A stretch of DNA of 64,000 nt, taken from Lachnospiraceae bacterium (GTDB lineage: Bacteria > Bacillota > Clostridia > Lachnospirales > Lachnospiraceae). Every line of letters starts with the position of its first letter. Position 1 is the stretch's first letter. Below are positions 9,498 to 18,928 of the stretch, in pieces. Position numbers and translations under genes: made by a program. The notes beneath the pieces are model-generated. The model was not told where the DNA came from and did not search any database. It worked only from the letters and a program-made list of their open reading frames with translations. The stretch covers positions 7,751-71,750 of the forward strand of contig JAHYZZ010000010.1 in assembly GCA_019424135.1 (NCBI GenBank). The letters are read 5' to 3'.

Positions 9498-11873
9498 CTA
9501 TTTCAATTCTGCGATGGTCACTCCGGCGTCGCCTTCACCGAAGGCTCCTAGACGGAATGACCGGACATGTTTCTGCCTTCTTAGATAATTATGGATGCCG
9601 GCCCGAAGGGCACCGGTTCCTTTCCCGTGTACAATCCGGACGCTGGACAGGTGCGCCAGTGTGGCATCGTCCAGATATTTATCCAGCGCGGCTACAGCCT
9701 CGTCCACCGTTTTGCCCAGAAGGTTGATCTCAGGACTTACGGAAAAAGATTTCCCCATTTTCATCTTGCCCTTGCTGGTACGGTGCATGCCTTTTGCGGT
9801 ATAAGAAGGAGCCTCCTGAATAATCTCCAGATCCGAGATGTTGACCTGGGAGCGTAAAATGCCCATCTGTACGGTTACATTGCCCTTAGAATCGGGAAGG
9901 GAGGTGACGGTGCCGGTCAGGTTCATGCTTAATACTTTGACTGATTCGCCCAGCTTAAAGTCACTTGGTTTATGCTGCTTCTTCGGCTTATCTGTACCCA
10001 GCTTTGTATGGGAACTGACAGTATCAATTTTCTTACGGAGACGTGCCCTTTCTTTTTCCATTTCCGACGCGGAAATATTTTCTTTGCCAAATTTGTGGAA
10101 TGCCCGGATCGTCTCATCGGCAGTTTCCTTGGCGTCTTCCAGAATGCTGCGGGCTTTTTCATTTGCCTCGCTTATGATGCGGTCGCGCTGGGCCTCCAGT
10201 TTTTGTTTTTTATCACCGATTTCCTTTTTTAGTCGTTCTAATTCCCGCCTGTAGGCGGCAATTTCCGCCTGTTCCTTCTCGATTGTGCGCCTGCTGGTCT
10301 CCAGATCTGTCAAGAGATCTTCAAAGGACTCATCCTGTTCAGAAAGACGGGCACGTGCGTCTTCAATGATATGGCTGGGGAGGCCCAGTTTTCCGGCGAT
10401 GGCAAAGGCGTTGCTCTTCCCGGGAATACCAATCAACAGATGATAGGTAGGCCGAAGGCTTTCCACATCGAATTCGCAGCAGGCATTTTCCACGCCGGGC
10501 GTAGAGAGGGCGTAGACTTTCAGCTCGCTATAGTGGGTGGTGGCCATGGTGCGGATTCCTCTTTGGTGCAGATAGTTTAAGATCGAGATGGCAAGGGCGG
10601 CTCCTTCTGTGGGGTCGGTTCCGGCACCCAGTTCATCGAACAGCACCAGTGACTTTTCATCTACGTGTTTTAAGAAAGAGACAATATTGGTCATATGAGA
10701 AGAGAAGGTACTAAGACTTTGTTCAATACTTTGCTCATCTCCGATATCTGCATATACCTGAGTGAAAATGGACAGTTCTGAACGATCCAGTGCCGGAATA
10801 TGCAGACCGGACTGGCCCATCAAAGTGAACAGCCCCACGGTCTTTAAGGAAACGGTTTTCCCTCCGGTATTAGGACCGGTCACGATTAGAAGATCAAAGT
10901 TTTCGCCCAGCATGACAGTAATAGGAACGACCCTTCGTTTATCAAGAAGAGGATGCCGGCCTTCCCGGATATGGATCCTGCCTTCGGTGTTAAACAAAGG
11001 CATGGAGGCGTTTTGCTCCAGGGCAAGGGCTCCTTTGGCAAAGATAAAGTCCAGATCGGTCAGGACGGAATAGTCTGTACGGATAGCGGAGGTATCTTTT
11101 GCAGCATCTGCACTTAAGCGTGACAAAATTACCTGGATTTCTTCTTGTTCTTTGGCATAGAGTTCTTTTAAGTCGTTGTTCAGCTTTACGACGGCCATTG
11201 GTTCGACAAAAAGCGTGGATCCGGTGGCGGATTGGTCGTGGATCAGCCCGGAGACCTGGCTGCGGTATTCGGCCTTTACCGGGACGCAGTAGCGGTCGCC
11301 CCGCATGGTGATGATGGGATCCTGCAGATAAGAGCGCAAAGATCCGTTTACCAGCGAAGACAGTGTCGAGTGGACCTTGTCGTTGATCTGGTTCATGGAA
11401 CGGCGGATTTTTAAGAGCGTGCTGCTGGCAGCATCGCTGATCTCGTCTTCTTCGATGATGCAGCGGCGGATCTCGCTGCTGAGCGGAGTCAATGGTTCCA
11501 GCTGTGAAAACAGCGGATCCAGACAATCCTCCACGTCGTCATTGTGGTCTTGGCGCCCGTATGCTTTTATTTGCGCCGCATTTTCCAGAACCTTGCAGAT
11601 CCGCAGCAGTTCGCCACTTCCCAGCGTCCCTCCGATCTCCAGTCTTTTGAGAGAATCATTGATGGGGTGGACGTTTCCAAAGGATGGATGCCCTTTTTTC
11701 ACGATACGGGTAAATGCGGCAGCGGTTTCTTCCTGAGCCTGCCTGACCGCACAGAGATCTGTCATGGGCTTTAGCTTTCGGCAGCGGCTCTGTCCGCCGA
11801 AGGAAGAAGCCTTGTCTGCCAGTAATTCTATGATTTTATTGTATTCTAATTTTGTTAAAGATTTTTGATTCAT
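9498..11873 (-). CDS. mutS2: Endonuclease MutS2
   Basis: TGPNTGGKT, DIGDEQSIEQSLSTFS, DELGAGTDP, C-terminal Smr domain IVHGKGTGAL. Confidence 0.96.
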   Translation of the reverse strand: MNQKSLTKLEYNKIIELLADKASSFGGQSRCRKLKPMTDLCAVRQAQEETAAAFTRIVKKGHPSFGNVHPINDSLKRLEIGGTLGSGELLRICKVLENAAQIKAYGRQDHNDDVEDCLDPLFSQLEPLTPLSSEIRRCIIEEDEISDAASSTLLKIRRSMNQINDKVHSTLSSLVNGSLRSYLQDPIITMRGDRYCVPVKAEYRSQVSGLIHDQSATGSTLFVEPMAVVKLNNDLKELYAKEQEEIQVILSRLSADAAKDTSAIRTDYSVLTDLDFIFAKGALALEQNASMPLFNTEGRIHIREGRHPLLDKRRVVPITVMLGENFDLLIVTGPNTGGKTVSLKTVGLFTLMGQSGLHIPALDRSELSIFTQVYADIGDEQSIEQSLSTFSSHMTNIVSFLKHVDEKSLVLFDELGAGTDPTEGAALAISILNYLHQRGIRTMATTHYSELKVYALSTPGVENACCEFDVESLRPTYHLLIGIPGKSNAFAIAGKLGLPSHIIEDARARLSEQDESFEDLLTDLETSRRTIEKEQAEIAAYRRELERLKKEIGDKKQKLEAQRDRIISEANEKARSILEDAKETADETIRAFHKFGKENISASEMEKERARLRKKIDTVSSHTKLGTDKPKKQHKPSDFKLGESVKVLSMNLTGTVTSLPDSKGNVTVQMGILRSQVNISDLEIIQEAPSYTAKGMHRTSKGKMKMGKSFSVSPEINLLGKTVDEAVAALDKYLDDATLAHLSSVRIVHGKGTGALRAGIHNYLRRQKHVRSFRLGAFGEGDAGVTIAELK

Positions 11874-11991
11874 ATGCTTCACCTATCCCTTATTCTACCC
11901 TATTTATCCTATAAAGGAAAGGATAAATATTGAACATTTGAACGCCATCATGTATACTATTAAAAGGACTGTAAAGGAGATGGATGCGTCG

Positions 11992-13302
11992 ATGGAAGAG
12001 CAGAAAGATCCACGAAAAGAGCAGGAAATTTCCGAAAAGGAGCAGGACTTTCAGAATCCAGAAGAGGTGGAGGATCCTGAGGAGTATTCCTTCCTTCAGG
12101 AAACGATCAAAGATGAGGCAGGCGGCGTCGTACAGAAGATTAAAAAGGATCTTTTAAGAGTCCTTTGTCTGGGACTGGCGTTTGGAATCATAGCCTGCTT
12201 TGGTTTTTATGCGGTAAAACCTTTGATGGAAAAAATGTTTGAAGGCAGTCCTGAGAAAGTGACTATTCCTGAGGAGGAAGAAGAAACTAACGAAGAAGAC
12301 TCACAAGAAGAGCAGCAGACGGTTCAGACGCTAGATGCGGAAAGCTTTCGGCAGATGCAGCAGTCTATGACATCGACAGCGCTGGAGGCCAGCCGGGCAG
12401 TCGTAGAGATTACGGGAGTCGGCGGTAATCAGGACTGGATGAATGAGACCTATGATTCGAAAAACAGTGTGACCGGACTGATTATAGCAGATAATGGACA
12501 GGAGCTTTTGATTTTTGGGAAGACGTCTGTGCTGGCAGATGCAGAAAAGATTCAGGTAACCTTTTACGATGGGAGCACATATGGGGCTTCTTTGAAAAAA
12601 AAGGACGGAAATCTGGGGTTTGGCATTTATGCAGTGAACCGTGCTGAGATTGAACAGTCTACATGGGGACAGATTCTCACGGCGAAGCTTGGAAGTTCGA
12701 ATACGATCTCCAAGGGGACACCGGTGATTGTGATTGGAAAACAATTTGGGTATGAGGGCGGCATCGGCTTTGGGACGGTTTCCTCTGCCCGAAATTTTAT
12801 GGAAGAGGCGGATGGGGAATACCGCTTAATTTGTACTGATATTGCCGCATCAGCCGAAGGTACAGGAGTGATGGTGAATCTGGACGGAGAAGTGGTGGGA
12901 ATCATCGATCAGACGGTTTCAGAAGAGGACAGCATGAATCTGGTAACCGGATATGGGATTACAGATATTAAGGCCATTATTGAAAACCTGTCAAATGGCG
13001 AGGCTATTCCTTATATCGGAATCCGGGGGATTGATGTGACAGAAGAGATTATGGAGCAGGGGATTCCCCAGGGCGTATATGTAAAGGAAGTGGATGCGGA
13101 GTCTCCGGCCATGATGGCAGGCATCCAGGCGGGAGATATCATAACCAGTATAGACGGTGAAAAGGTGACATCCCTGTCAGCCTATCATGATGTGCTGATG
13201 GAACAAAAAAGCGGAGGCGAGGTTAGGGTGGAAGGCCAAAGGCGCGGCTCCGGCGGATATGTAGACATCACGTTTTCCGTGACGGTGGGCAGCAGAGAAT
13301 AA
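11992..13302 (+). CDS. HtrA-like membrane protein (trypsin fold + PDZ), catalytic triad degenerate
   Basis: Acidic N-terminus, 1 TM, VNLDGEVVGI, PDZ (SPAMMAGIQAGDIITSIDG); lacks TNxHV and GNSGG; start uncertain (11938-11992). Confidence 0.8.
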   Translation: MEEQKDPRKEQEISEKEQDFQNPEEVEDPEEYSFLQETIKDEAGGVVQKIKKDLLRVLCLGLAFGIIACFGFYAVKPLMEKMFEGSPEKVTIPEEEEETNEEDSQEEQQTVQTLDAESFRQMQQSMTSTALEASRAVVEITGVGGNQDWMNETYDSKNSVTGLIIADNGQELLIFGKTSVLADAEKIQVTFYDGSTYGASLKKKDGNLGFGIYAVNRAEIEQSTWGQILTAKLGSSNTISKGTPVIVIGKQFGYEGGIGFGTVSSARNFMEEADGEYRLICTDIAASAEGTGVMVNLDGEVVGIIDQTVSEEDSMNLVTGYGITDIKAIIENLSNGEAIPYIGIRGIDVTEEIMEQGIPQGVYVKEVDAESPAMMAGIQAGDIITSIDGEKVTSLSAYHDVLMEQKSGGEVRVEGQRRGSGGYVDITFSVTVGSRE

Positions 13303-13322
13303 GAATAGAAAGAGGCAGACAT

Positions 13323-14264
13323 ATGAGATATATTAACACTCTCAGAGAGGGAGAAACCATTCGAAATATATATTTGTGCAAGGGGAAGCGTTCAGCTGAG
13401 ACCCGGAACGGGAAACCTTATGACAACCTGATTCTTCAAGATAAGACTGGTACTTTGGATGGGAAGGTTTGGGATCCGAATTCCGGAGGCATCGCAGATT
13501 ATGAAGAGAAGGATTTTATCGAAGTATACGGAGACATTATCAGCTATAACAATAATCTGCAGATGAATATCAAGCAGATCCGAAAGGTCTCTGAAGAGGA
13601 ATATAATCCGGCAGACTACATGCCGACCACAGAGAAGGATAAAGACAAGATGTTCCAAGAACTTCTAAGATATATCGGACAGATTGGGAACGTTTATCTT
13701 AGGCAGGCATTAGAATATTATTTCGTAAAAGACGAAGCATTTATCAAGACATTCCGGGGTCATTCGGCGGCCAAAAGTGTACATCATGGCTTTTCCGGAG
13801 GGCTTCTGGAGCACACCTTAAGCGTGGTGAAATTTTGCGAATATATGGTGGGTGCGTACCCGATCTTGAAAAAGGATCTTTTGTATGCGGCGGCCATTTG
13901 CCATGATATCGGAAAAACGAAGGAGCTTTCCGCCTTTCCAGATAACGATTATACCGACGACGGGCAACTCCTTGGACATATTGTTATCGGTGTAGAGATG
14001 ATGGATGAGGCGATCCGAAGCATACCAGATTTTCCTCCGCGCCTGGCAAGCGAACTAAAGCACTGTATCGTGGCGCATCACGGAGAATTGGAGTACGGCT
14101 CTCCGAAGAAACCCGCTTTGGCCGAAGCCATGGCGCTGAATTTCGCGGACTGCACCGATGCAAAGATGCAGACGCTTACAGAAATATTTAAAGAAAAACA
14201 GAGCAACGACTGGCTGGGGTACAACCGGCTGTTCGAGACGAACCTGCGCAAGACGCAGCTGTAA
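13323..14264 (+). CDS. yhaM: 3'-5' exoribonuclease YhaM family (OB + HD)
   Basis: NGKPY..L.DKTG OB fold; AAKSVHH..GGLLEHT; CHDIGK; HHGELEYGSPK. Confidence 0.92.
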   Translation: MRYINTLREGETIRNIYLCKGKRSAETRNGKPYDNLILQDKTGTLDGKVWDPNSGGIADYEEKDFIEVYGDIISYNNNLQMNIKQIRKVSEEEYNPADYMPTTEKDKDKMFQELLRYIGQIGNVYLRQALEYYFVKDEAFIKTFRGHSAAKSVHHGFSGGLLEHTLSVVKFCEYMVGAYPILKKDLLYAAAICHDIGKTKELSAFPDNDYTDDGQLLGHIVIGVEMMDEAIRSIPDFPPRLASELKHCIVAHHGELEYGSPKKPALAEAMALNFADCTDAKMQTLTEIFKEKQSNDWLGYNRLFETNLRKTQL

Positions 14265-14273
14265 ATGTGAAAG

Positions 14274-14335
14274 AGGACGTAGTAAAATGCAAAAGTACTA
14301 CGTCCTAAATTGACTTTTAGGGTGTACCTAAATGG
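14274..14335 (+). repeat. Dispersed 62-nt hairpin element, copy 1 (upstream of rlmD)
   Basis: 11-bp stem AGGACGTAGTA/TACTACGTCCT then AAATTGAC..AGGGTGTACCTAAATGG; 54/62 identical to 45084-45145, ungapped. Confidence 0.85.
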
Positions 14336-14352
14336 GAAAATGAGGTATATTT

Positions 14353-15732
14353 ATGCAAAAAAATGATATTGTACAGGTGAAAATCGAGGATATCGGAACC
14401 AGCGGGGAGGGAATTGGGAAGGTAGATGGATATACGTTATTCATTAAGGATGCGGTTATTGGTGATGTGGTTGAGGGGAAGGTAATGAAGGGGAAAAAGA
14501 ATTATGGATATGCAAAGCTTATGCATATTATTTCGCCTTCAAAGCTGCGCGTTCCTGCCAGATGCCCGCAGGCAAGAAGATGTGGGGGATGCCAGATTCA
14601 GGAGATGGATTATGGAGCACAGCTGGAATTTAAGAACCGTAAAGTACGCAACAATCTGGTCCGGCTGGGAGGTGTTCCCAAGGAGGTGCTGGACGCTGCT
14701 ATGGAACCCATCTGTGGGATGAATCATCCGTTTCGCTATCGAAATAAAGCCCAGTTTCCTATTGGCAGGGACAAAGAGGGAAACTTGACGGCTGGTTTTT
14801 TTGCGGGAAGGACGCACAGCATTATCCAGGTACCGGAGTTGGACTGCGCCCTGGGAGTAGAAGAGAACCAGAAAATTCTTCAGGTAGTTCTGGGGTTTAT
14901 GGAGAAATTTGCCATTGAGCCATATGATGAAGAAAATCATAGTGGTCTGGTGCGACATGTTTTGATCCGCAAGGCATTTTCTACAGGAGAATTGATGGTT
15001 TGTCTGATTATAAACGGAAGAAAGCTGCCCCATGCGGAGGTTCTGGTGGAAAAACTGTTAGAGATTCCGGGGATGTCCAGCATTTCTTGCAATATTAATT
15101 CAGAAAAAACCAATGTGATCATGGGACGACAGATGCTTTGGATCTACGGAAAAGAATATATTACGGACAAGATCGGGGACATAAAATATCAGATTTCACC
15201 TTTGTCTTTTTATCAGGTGAATCCGGTGCAGACAGAAGAGCTCTATAGCACAGCCCTCCAATATGCAGGGCTTACAGGGGAAGAAACGGTTTGGGATCTT
15301 TATTGTGGAATCGGAACGATTTCCCTATTTCTTGCACAAAAGGCAAAGCAGGTATATGGCGTAGAGATTGTTCCTCAGGCTATTGAAGACGCGAAACAAA
15401 ATGCAGCGTTGAATGGTACAAGAAATGCTGCTTTTTATGTAGGAAAAGCAGAGGAAGTACTGCCGGAAATGTATGAGGAAAACGGAATTAAGGCCGATGT
15501 AATTGTGGTGGATCCTCCTAGAAAAGGATGTGAGAAAGCCGTTTTGGATACCATGGTCAGGATGGAGCCGGACAGGATTGTGTATGTCAGCTGTGATTCG
15601 GCTACGTTGGCAAGGGATGTAAAAGAGTTAAGAGAACAAGGATACGAGATTTGTAAAGTACGGGCGGTGGACATGTTTCCCCATACCGTACATGTGGAGA
15701 CGGTTTGTTTGTTGTCCAAACCGCAGATATAG
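14353..15732 (+). CDS. rlmD: 23S rRNA m5U1939 methyltransferase
   Basis: TRAM domain, CxxxxxCGGC, YRNKAQF, SFYQVN, DLYCGIGTI, VDPPRKG, YVSC, DMFPHTVHVE. Confidence 0.96.
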   Translation: MQKNDIVQVKIEDIGTSGEGIGKVDGYTLFIKDAVIGDVVEGKVMKGKKNYGYAKLMHIISPSKLRVPARCPQARRCGGCQIQEMDYGAQLEFKNRKVRNNLVRLGGVPKEVLDAAMEPICGMNHPFRYRNKAQFPIGRDKEGNLTAGFFAGRTHSIIQVPELDCALGVEENQKILQVVLGFMEKFAIEPYDEENHSGLVRHVLIRKAFSTGELMVCLIINGRKLPHAEVLVEKLLEIPGMSSISCNINSEKTNVIMGRQMLWIYGKEYITDKIGDIKYQISPLSFYQVNPVQTEELYSTALQYAGLTGEETVWDLYCGIGTISLFLAQKAKQVYGVEIVPQAIEDAKQNAALNGTRNAAFYVGKAEEVLPEMYEENGIKADVIVVDPPRKGCEKAVLDTMVRMEPDRIVYVSCDSATLARDVKELREQGYEICKVRAVDMFPHTVHVETVCLLSKPQI

Positions 15733-15841
15733 CATAATTTTTTACAACAATTGAAAGAATTATAGTGAAATGATTGGGAGAATTCCACTATTACATAAGA
15801 AAGAAAATTTATGCTATACTCAAATAAATCATAATAATATC

Positions 15842-15888
15842 AGTGGTAACGACAGGTGAAAACTTCGCTTGTACGTTACCACTTTTTT
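15842..15888 (+). promoter_or_regulatory. Terminator-like hairpin in the leader of the MATE gene
   Basis: AGTGGTAACG..CGTTACCACT stem + T6 run abutting SD GGAGG; extended -10 TGcTATACT about 20 nt upstream. Confidence 0.55.
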
Positions 15889-15900
15889 GGAGGTTAAAAT

Positions 15901-17280
15901 ATGGAACAAACATCAAATCACTATCTTGCAGAAGCGCCAATTGGATCGCTTATGTTAAAATTTGCAGCACCTTGCATACTTTCTCTTTTGGTCTCATCCC
16001 TATATAATATCGTGGATCAGATTTTCATTGGCTGGGGTGTGGGATATCTGGGGAACGGCGCCACAAATGTAGTGTTTCCTATTACGGTTATTGCCTTGGC
16101 TATTGCCCTGATGATTGGCGATGGTTGTGCCGCGTTCCTAAGTATCTGCCAGGGGAGAAAGGATGCCGAAAGCTCTCACCGCAGCGTAGGAAATGCCATT
16201 ACCTTACTGATATTATGCAGCATTGTGCTGGTGGTGTTTTTTGCTCTTTGCAGAGATGCTATTTTGGCTGCATTTGGTGCAACAGAAAACAATCTGCCTT
16301 ATGCTATCGACTATTTTAATGTCATCATCATTGGAAGTCCTTTTTATATTCTGACCAATGGCATCAATTCTATCATTCGTGCGGATGGGAGTCCGCAGTT
16401 TGCCATGGTGTCTACTCTGATCGGATGTATCATGAATGTAATTCTTGATCCGATTGCCATTTTTGTGCTGGGATGGGGAGTGACTGGTGCAGCCATTGCT
16501 ACCATTGCCGGACAAATTGTTTCTGCTATTTTGGGCATTATCTATCTGACACGGGCCCATTCCTTCTGTCTTAAAAAGAGCAGTTTTCGGTTGACAGGCA
16601 ATCTTATCAAGCGTTTTTTGCCCCTTGGAATCAGTAGTTTTCTAACCCAGGTGTCTATCGTAATCATTATGGGTGTTATGAATACGACTCTGGTCAAATA
16701 TGGAGCTATGTCAGAGTATGGCGCAGATATTCCTATGACAGTGGTAGGAATTGTTATGAAGGTTTTCCAGATCGTGATTGCCTTTGTGGTGGGAATTGCT
16801 GCCGGTTGCCAGCCTATTGTGGGATATAATTACGGAGCAGGACATGGAAAGCGGATCCGGTCTATTTTTAAAACCATGATGTTGGCGGAAATGATCATTG
16901 GTGTTATTTCGACACTGGCTTTCCAGCTCTTCCCGATTCCTATTATTTCATTGTTCGGCAGTGAAAGTGGACTTTACAACCAGTTTGCTGAATATACTTT
17001 CCGCATTTACCTTTCCACCATTTTACTGTGCTGTGTCCATAAGGCCATTAGCATTTTCCTGCAGTCTCTGGGAAAGCCGATTCAGTCCTTGGTACTTTCT
17101 TTACTGAGAGATTTTATTTTGTGCGTTCCTATGATCATACTGTTGCCCAATTTGGTAGAGCCTGGTGTTATGGGGCCGTTGTATTCTGCACCGGTGGCCG
17201 ATGTAATCACCATCCTGGTAGCGGTGGTGATGGTAGCTGGTGTATTTAAGTCTTTGAAAAAAATGACTAAGGACGCATAA
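15901..17280 (+). CDS. MATE family efflux transporter (MepA-like)
   Basis: LYNIVDQIFIG, IIRADGSP, NVILDPI..GVTGAAIAT, QPIVGYNYGAG; about 12 TM. Confidence 0.93.
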   Translation: MEQTSNHYLAEAPIGSLMLKFAAPCILSLLVSSLYNIVDQIFIGWGVGYLGNGATNVVFPITVIALAIALMIGDGCAAFLSICQGRKDAESSHRSVGNAITLLILCSIVLVVFFALCRDAILAAFGATENNLPYAIDYFNVIIIGSPFYILTNGINSIIRADGSPQFAMVSTLIGCIMNVILDPIAIFVLGWGVTGAAIATIAGQIVSAILGIIYLTRAHSFCLKKSSFRLTGNLIKRFLPLGISSFLTQVSIVIIMGVMNTTLVKYGAMSEYGADIPMTVVGIVMKVFQIVIAFVVGIAAGCQPIVGYNYGAGHGKRIRSIFKTMMLAEMIIGVISTLAFQLFPIPIISLFGSESGLYNQFAEYTFRIYLSTILLCCVHKAISIFLQSLGKPIQSLVLSLLRDFILCVPMIILLPNLVEPGVMGPLYSAPVADVITILVAVVMVAGVFKSLKKMTKDA

Positions 17281-17409
17281 GTTCTAAACCAGATGACCAC
17301 GATGATGGGATGAACATATATTTTACTGGAGACGGCTGTATAGTTGGCGATCTGTTTGGCGATAATTGAAGTAAATATCGTTGGTTGCCAACGGATTTCA
17401 GGAGGGAAA

Positions 17410-18336
17410 ATGAACCTTCAACAGCTAAGATATATCGTAGAGATTGCAGATTGTCGTTCGATTACCAAGGCGGCAAAAAAATTATTTGTTTCTCAGCCAT
17501 ATCTAAGCAAAGTTGTCGCGGATTTTGAGGCGAGAATGAAGAACCAGGTTTTTATCAGATATAATAGCGGATTAGAGTTAACACCATATGGGCAGAAAGT
17601 CTATTTGCTTGCCCAGTCGATTCTGCATCAGATAGACCAGCTGGAGAACCTGGAACAGGAAGAAAGGATAGAAAAAGACAGTGCCAAACTGTCTTTTTCA
17701 GTTGGAAATCTTATCGTGAAAGACAGTCTTTTTTTAGATTATGTTTCGACAACCCATGCTGTCAGAAATGAGATTGATTTTTATGAAACCACAATTGATA
17801 AATGTATTCATCATGTAGAAGAGGATATATCAGAATTCGCAATTGTTGTAGTTGATGATTTTCAGAAAACACTTTTGGCAGGTATTTCTGTTCGCAAGGG
17901 ATTAGAATGTATCGAGCTTGATGAAGGGTATCAGTATTATCATTTGCATAACAATCATGTATTGGCGAATCAGAAGGAATTAAGTATTGAAAGTTTGATG
18001 CAGTTTCCGTTTGTTCGATTGAAAACAGAGGAATATTCGGGATTTGGCAATGAAAAGCTTAAGGAAGAAGATCCGGATATATTTGCACATAGGTGTATTG
18101 TGGTCAATCATTATCATTCTTATTTGAATATGGTCAAAAATAATAATGCCTTTATGATTGGAAACAAATGGCAGATATCTGAACTGGAAAAAATGGGGAT
18201 TCAAAGTATACGATGTTCTTTTTTAAATTATAAAGTGCATTTAATGATTGTAAAAAAAGAGATCATATCCTTTTCTTCAGCAGCAAAAAAGTTTATAGAT
18301 CTTTTCAAAAACAGTTATGGACTAGATGGGTCATAA
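17410..18336 (+). CDS. LysR family transcriptional regulator
   Basis: MNLQQLRY..SITKAAKKLFVSQPYLS..LTPYG; SD GGAGG; AT-rich. Confidence 0.92.
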   Translation: MNLQQLRYIVEIADCRSITKAAKKLFVSQPYLSKVVADFEARMKNQVFIRYNSGLELTPYGQKVYLLAQSILHQIDQLENLEQEERIEKDSAKLSFSVGNLIVKDSLFLDYVSTTHAVRNEIDFYETTIDKCIHHVEEDISEFAIVVVDDFQKTLLAGISVRKGLECIELDEGYQYYHLHNNHVLANQKELSIESLMQFPFVRLKTEEYSGFGNEKLKEEDPDIFAHRCIVVNHYHSYLNMVKNNNAFMIGNKWQISELEKMGIQSIRCSFLNYKVHLMIVKKEIISFSSAAKKFIDLFKNSYGLDGS

Positions 18337-18400
18337 CCATTGGGTTATGACCGGCATATACAAATACGTATTTGTACTGTAGCAGGAGGCATGATAAGAT
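18329..18400 (+). promoter_or_regulatory. Promoter of the TasA-like gene with two upstream palindromes
   Basis: IR GGTCATAACC-attg-GGTTATGACC (18329-18352); perfect palindrome TACAAATACGTATTTGTA (18359-18376); TTGTAC-17-TAAGAT with TG extension. Confidence 0.6.
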
Positions 18401-18429
18401 ACCCCCAATAAACAAGGAGGTTATCAAAA

Positions 18430-18909
18430 ATGCAAAGAACAAAAATATTATCAATTTTAACTGTGTCTATGATGCTGGTATCTTCGGTTGCCACTTATGC
18501 AATCTGGGATACGGTAACCACTGACAGCAGAGGAAATACAGTTACCATGCGTAATCCGGTTACGGTATCTGACAGTACATCTGAACAAAATATATCGGCT
18601 GATGCGAATACCTTAAATCCATCTATGGTAACGGCGTCTGGTACGGTGAAGTTTGATGTGGATAATGAGGACGGTATCGCAAAAAAACTGACCTTGCTGG
18701 AGTCCATCGAAGCTTCAGAAAAACTGGAAGAAACCACCGACTATTCCATTGTATTTTCGGGAGACGGGGTGTCAGGAAAAACAGACAGCAGTGTGACCGA
18801 TGGAATGGAGGAATACAATTATACCATTACGTTTACAGAAAGTGGACTTGAGAAAATGAAAAAGAATTCTAATACATGTACAGTGAAAGTAACAGCGACA
18901 TTAAGCTAA
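18430..18909 (+). CDS. Secreted protein with SipW-type signal peptide (TasA/CalY-like)
   Basis: Basic N-region, hydrophobic core, TYA-IWD resembling the T-x-A-x-F/W-x-D SipW-cognate motif; S/T-rich, ends VTATLS; adjacent to sipW-like gene. Confidence 0.65.
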   Translation: MQRTKILSILTVSMMLVSSVATYAIWDTVTTDSRGNTVTMRNPVTVSDSTSEQNISADANTLNPSMVTASGTVKFDVDNEDGIAKKLTLLESIEASEKLEETTDYSIVFSGDGVSGKTDSSVTDGMEEYNYTITFTESGLEKMKKNSNTCTVKVTATLS

Positions 18910-18928
18910 CAGAATCCTTGCTTCATTA

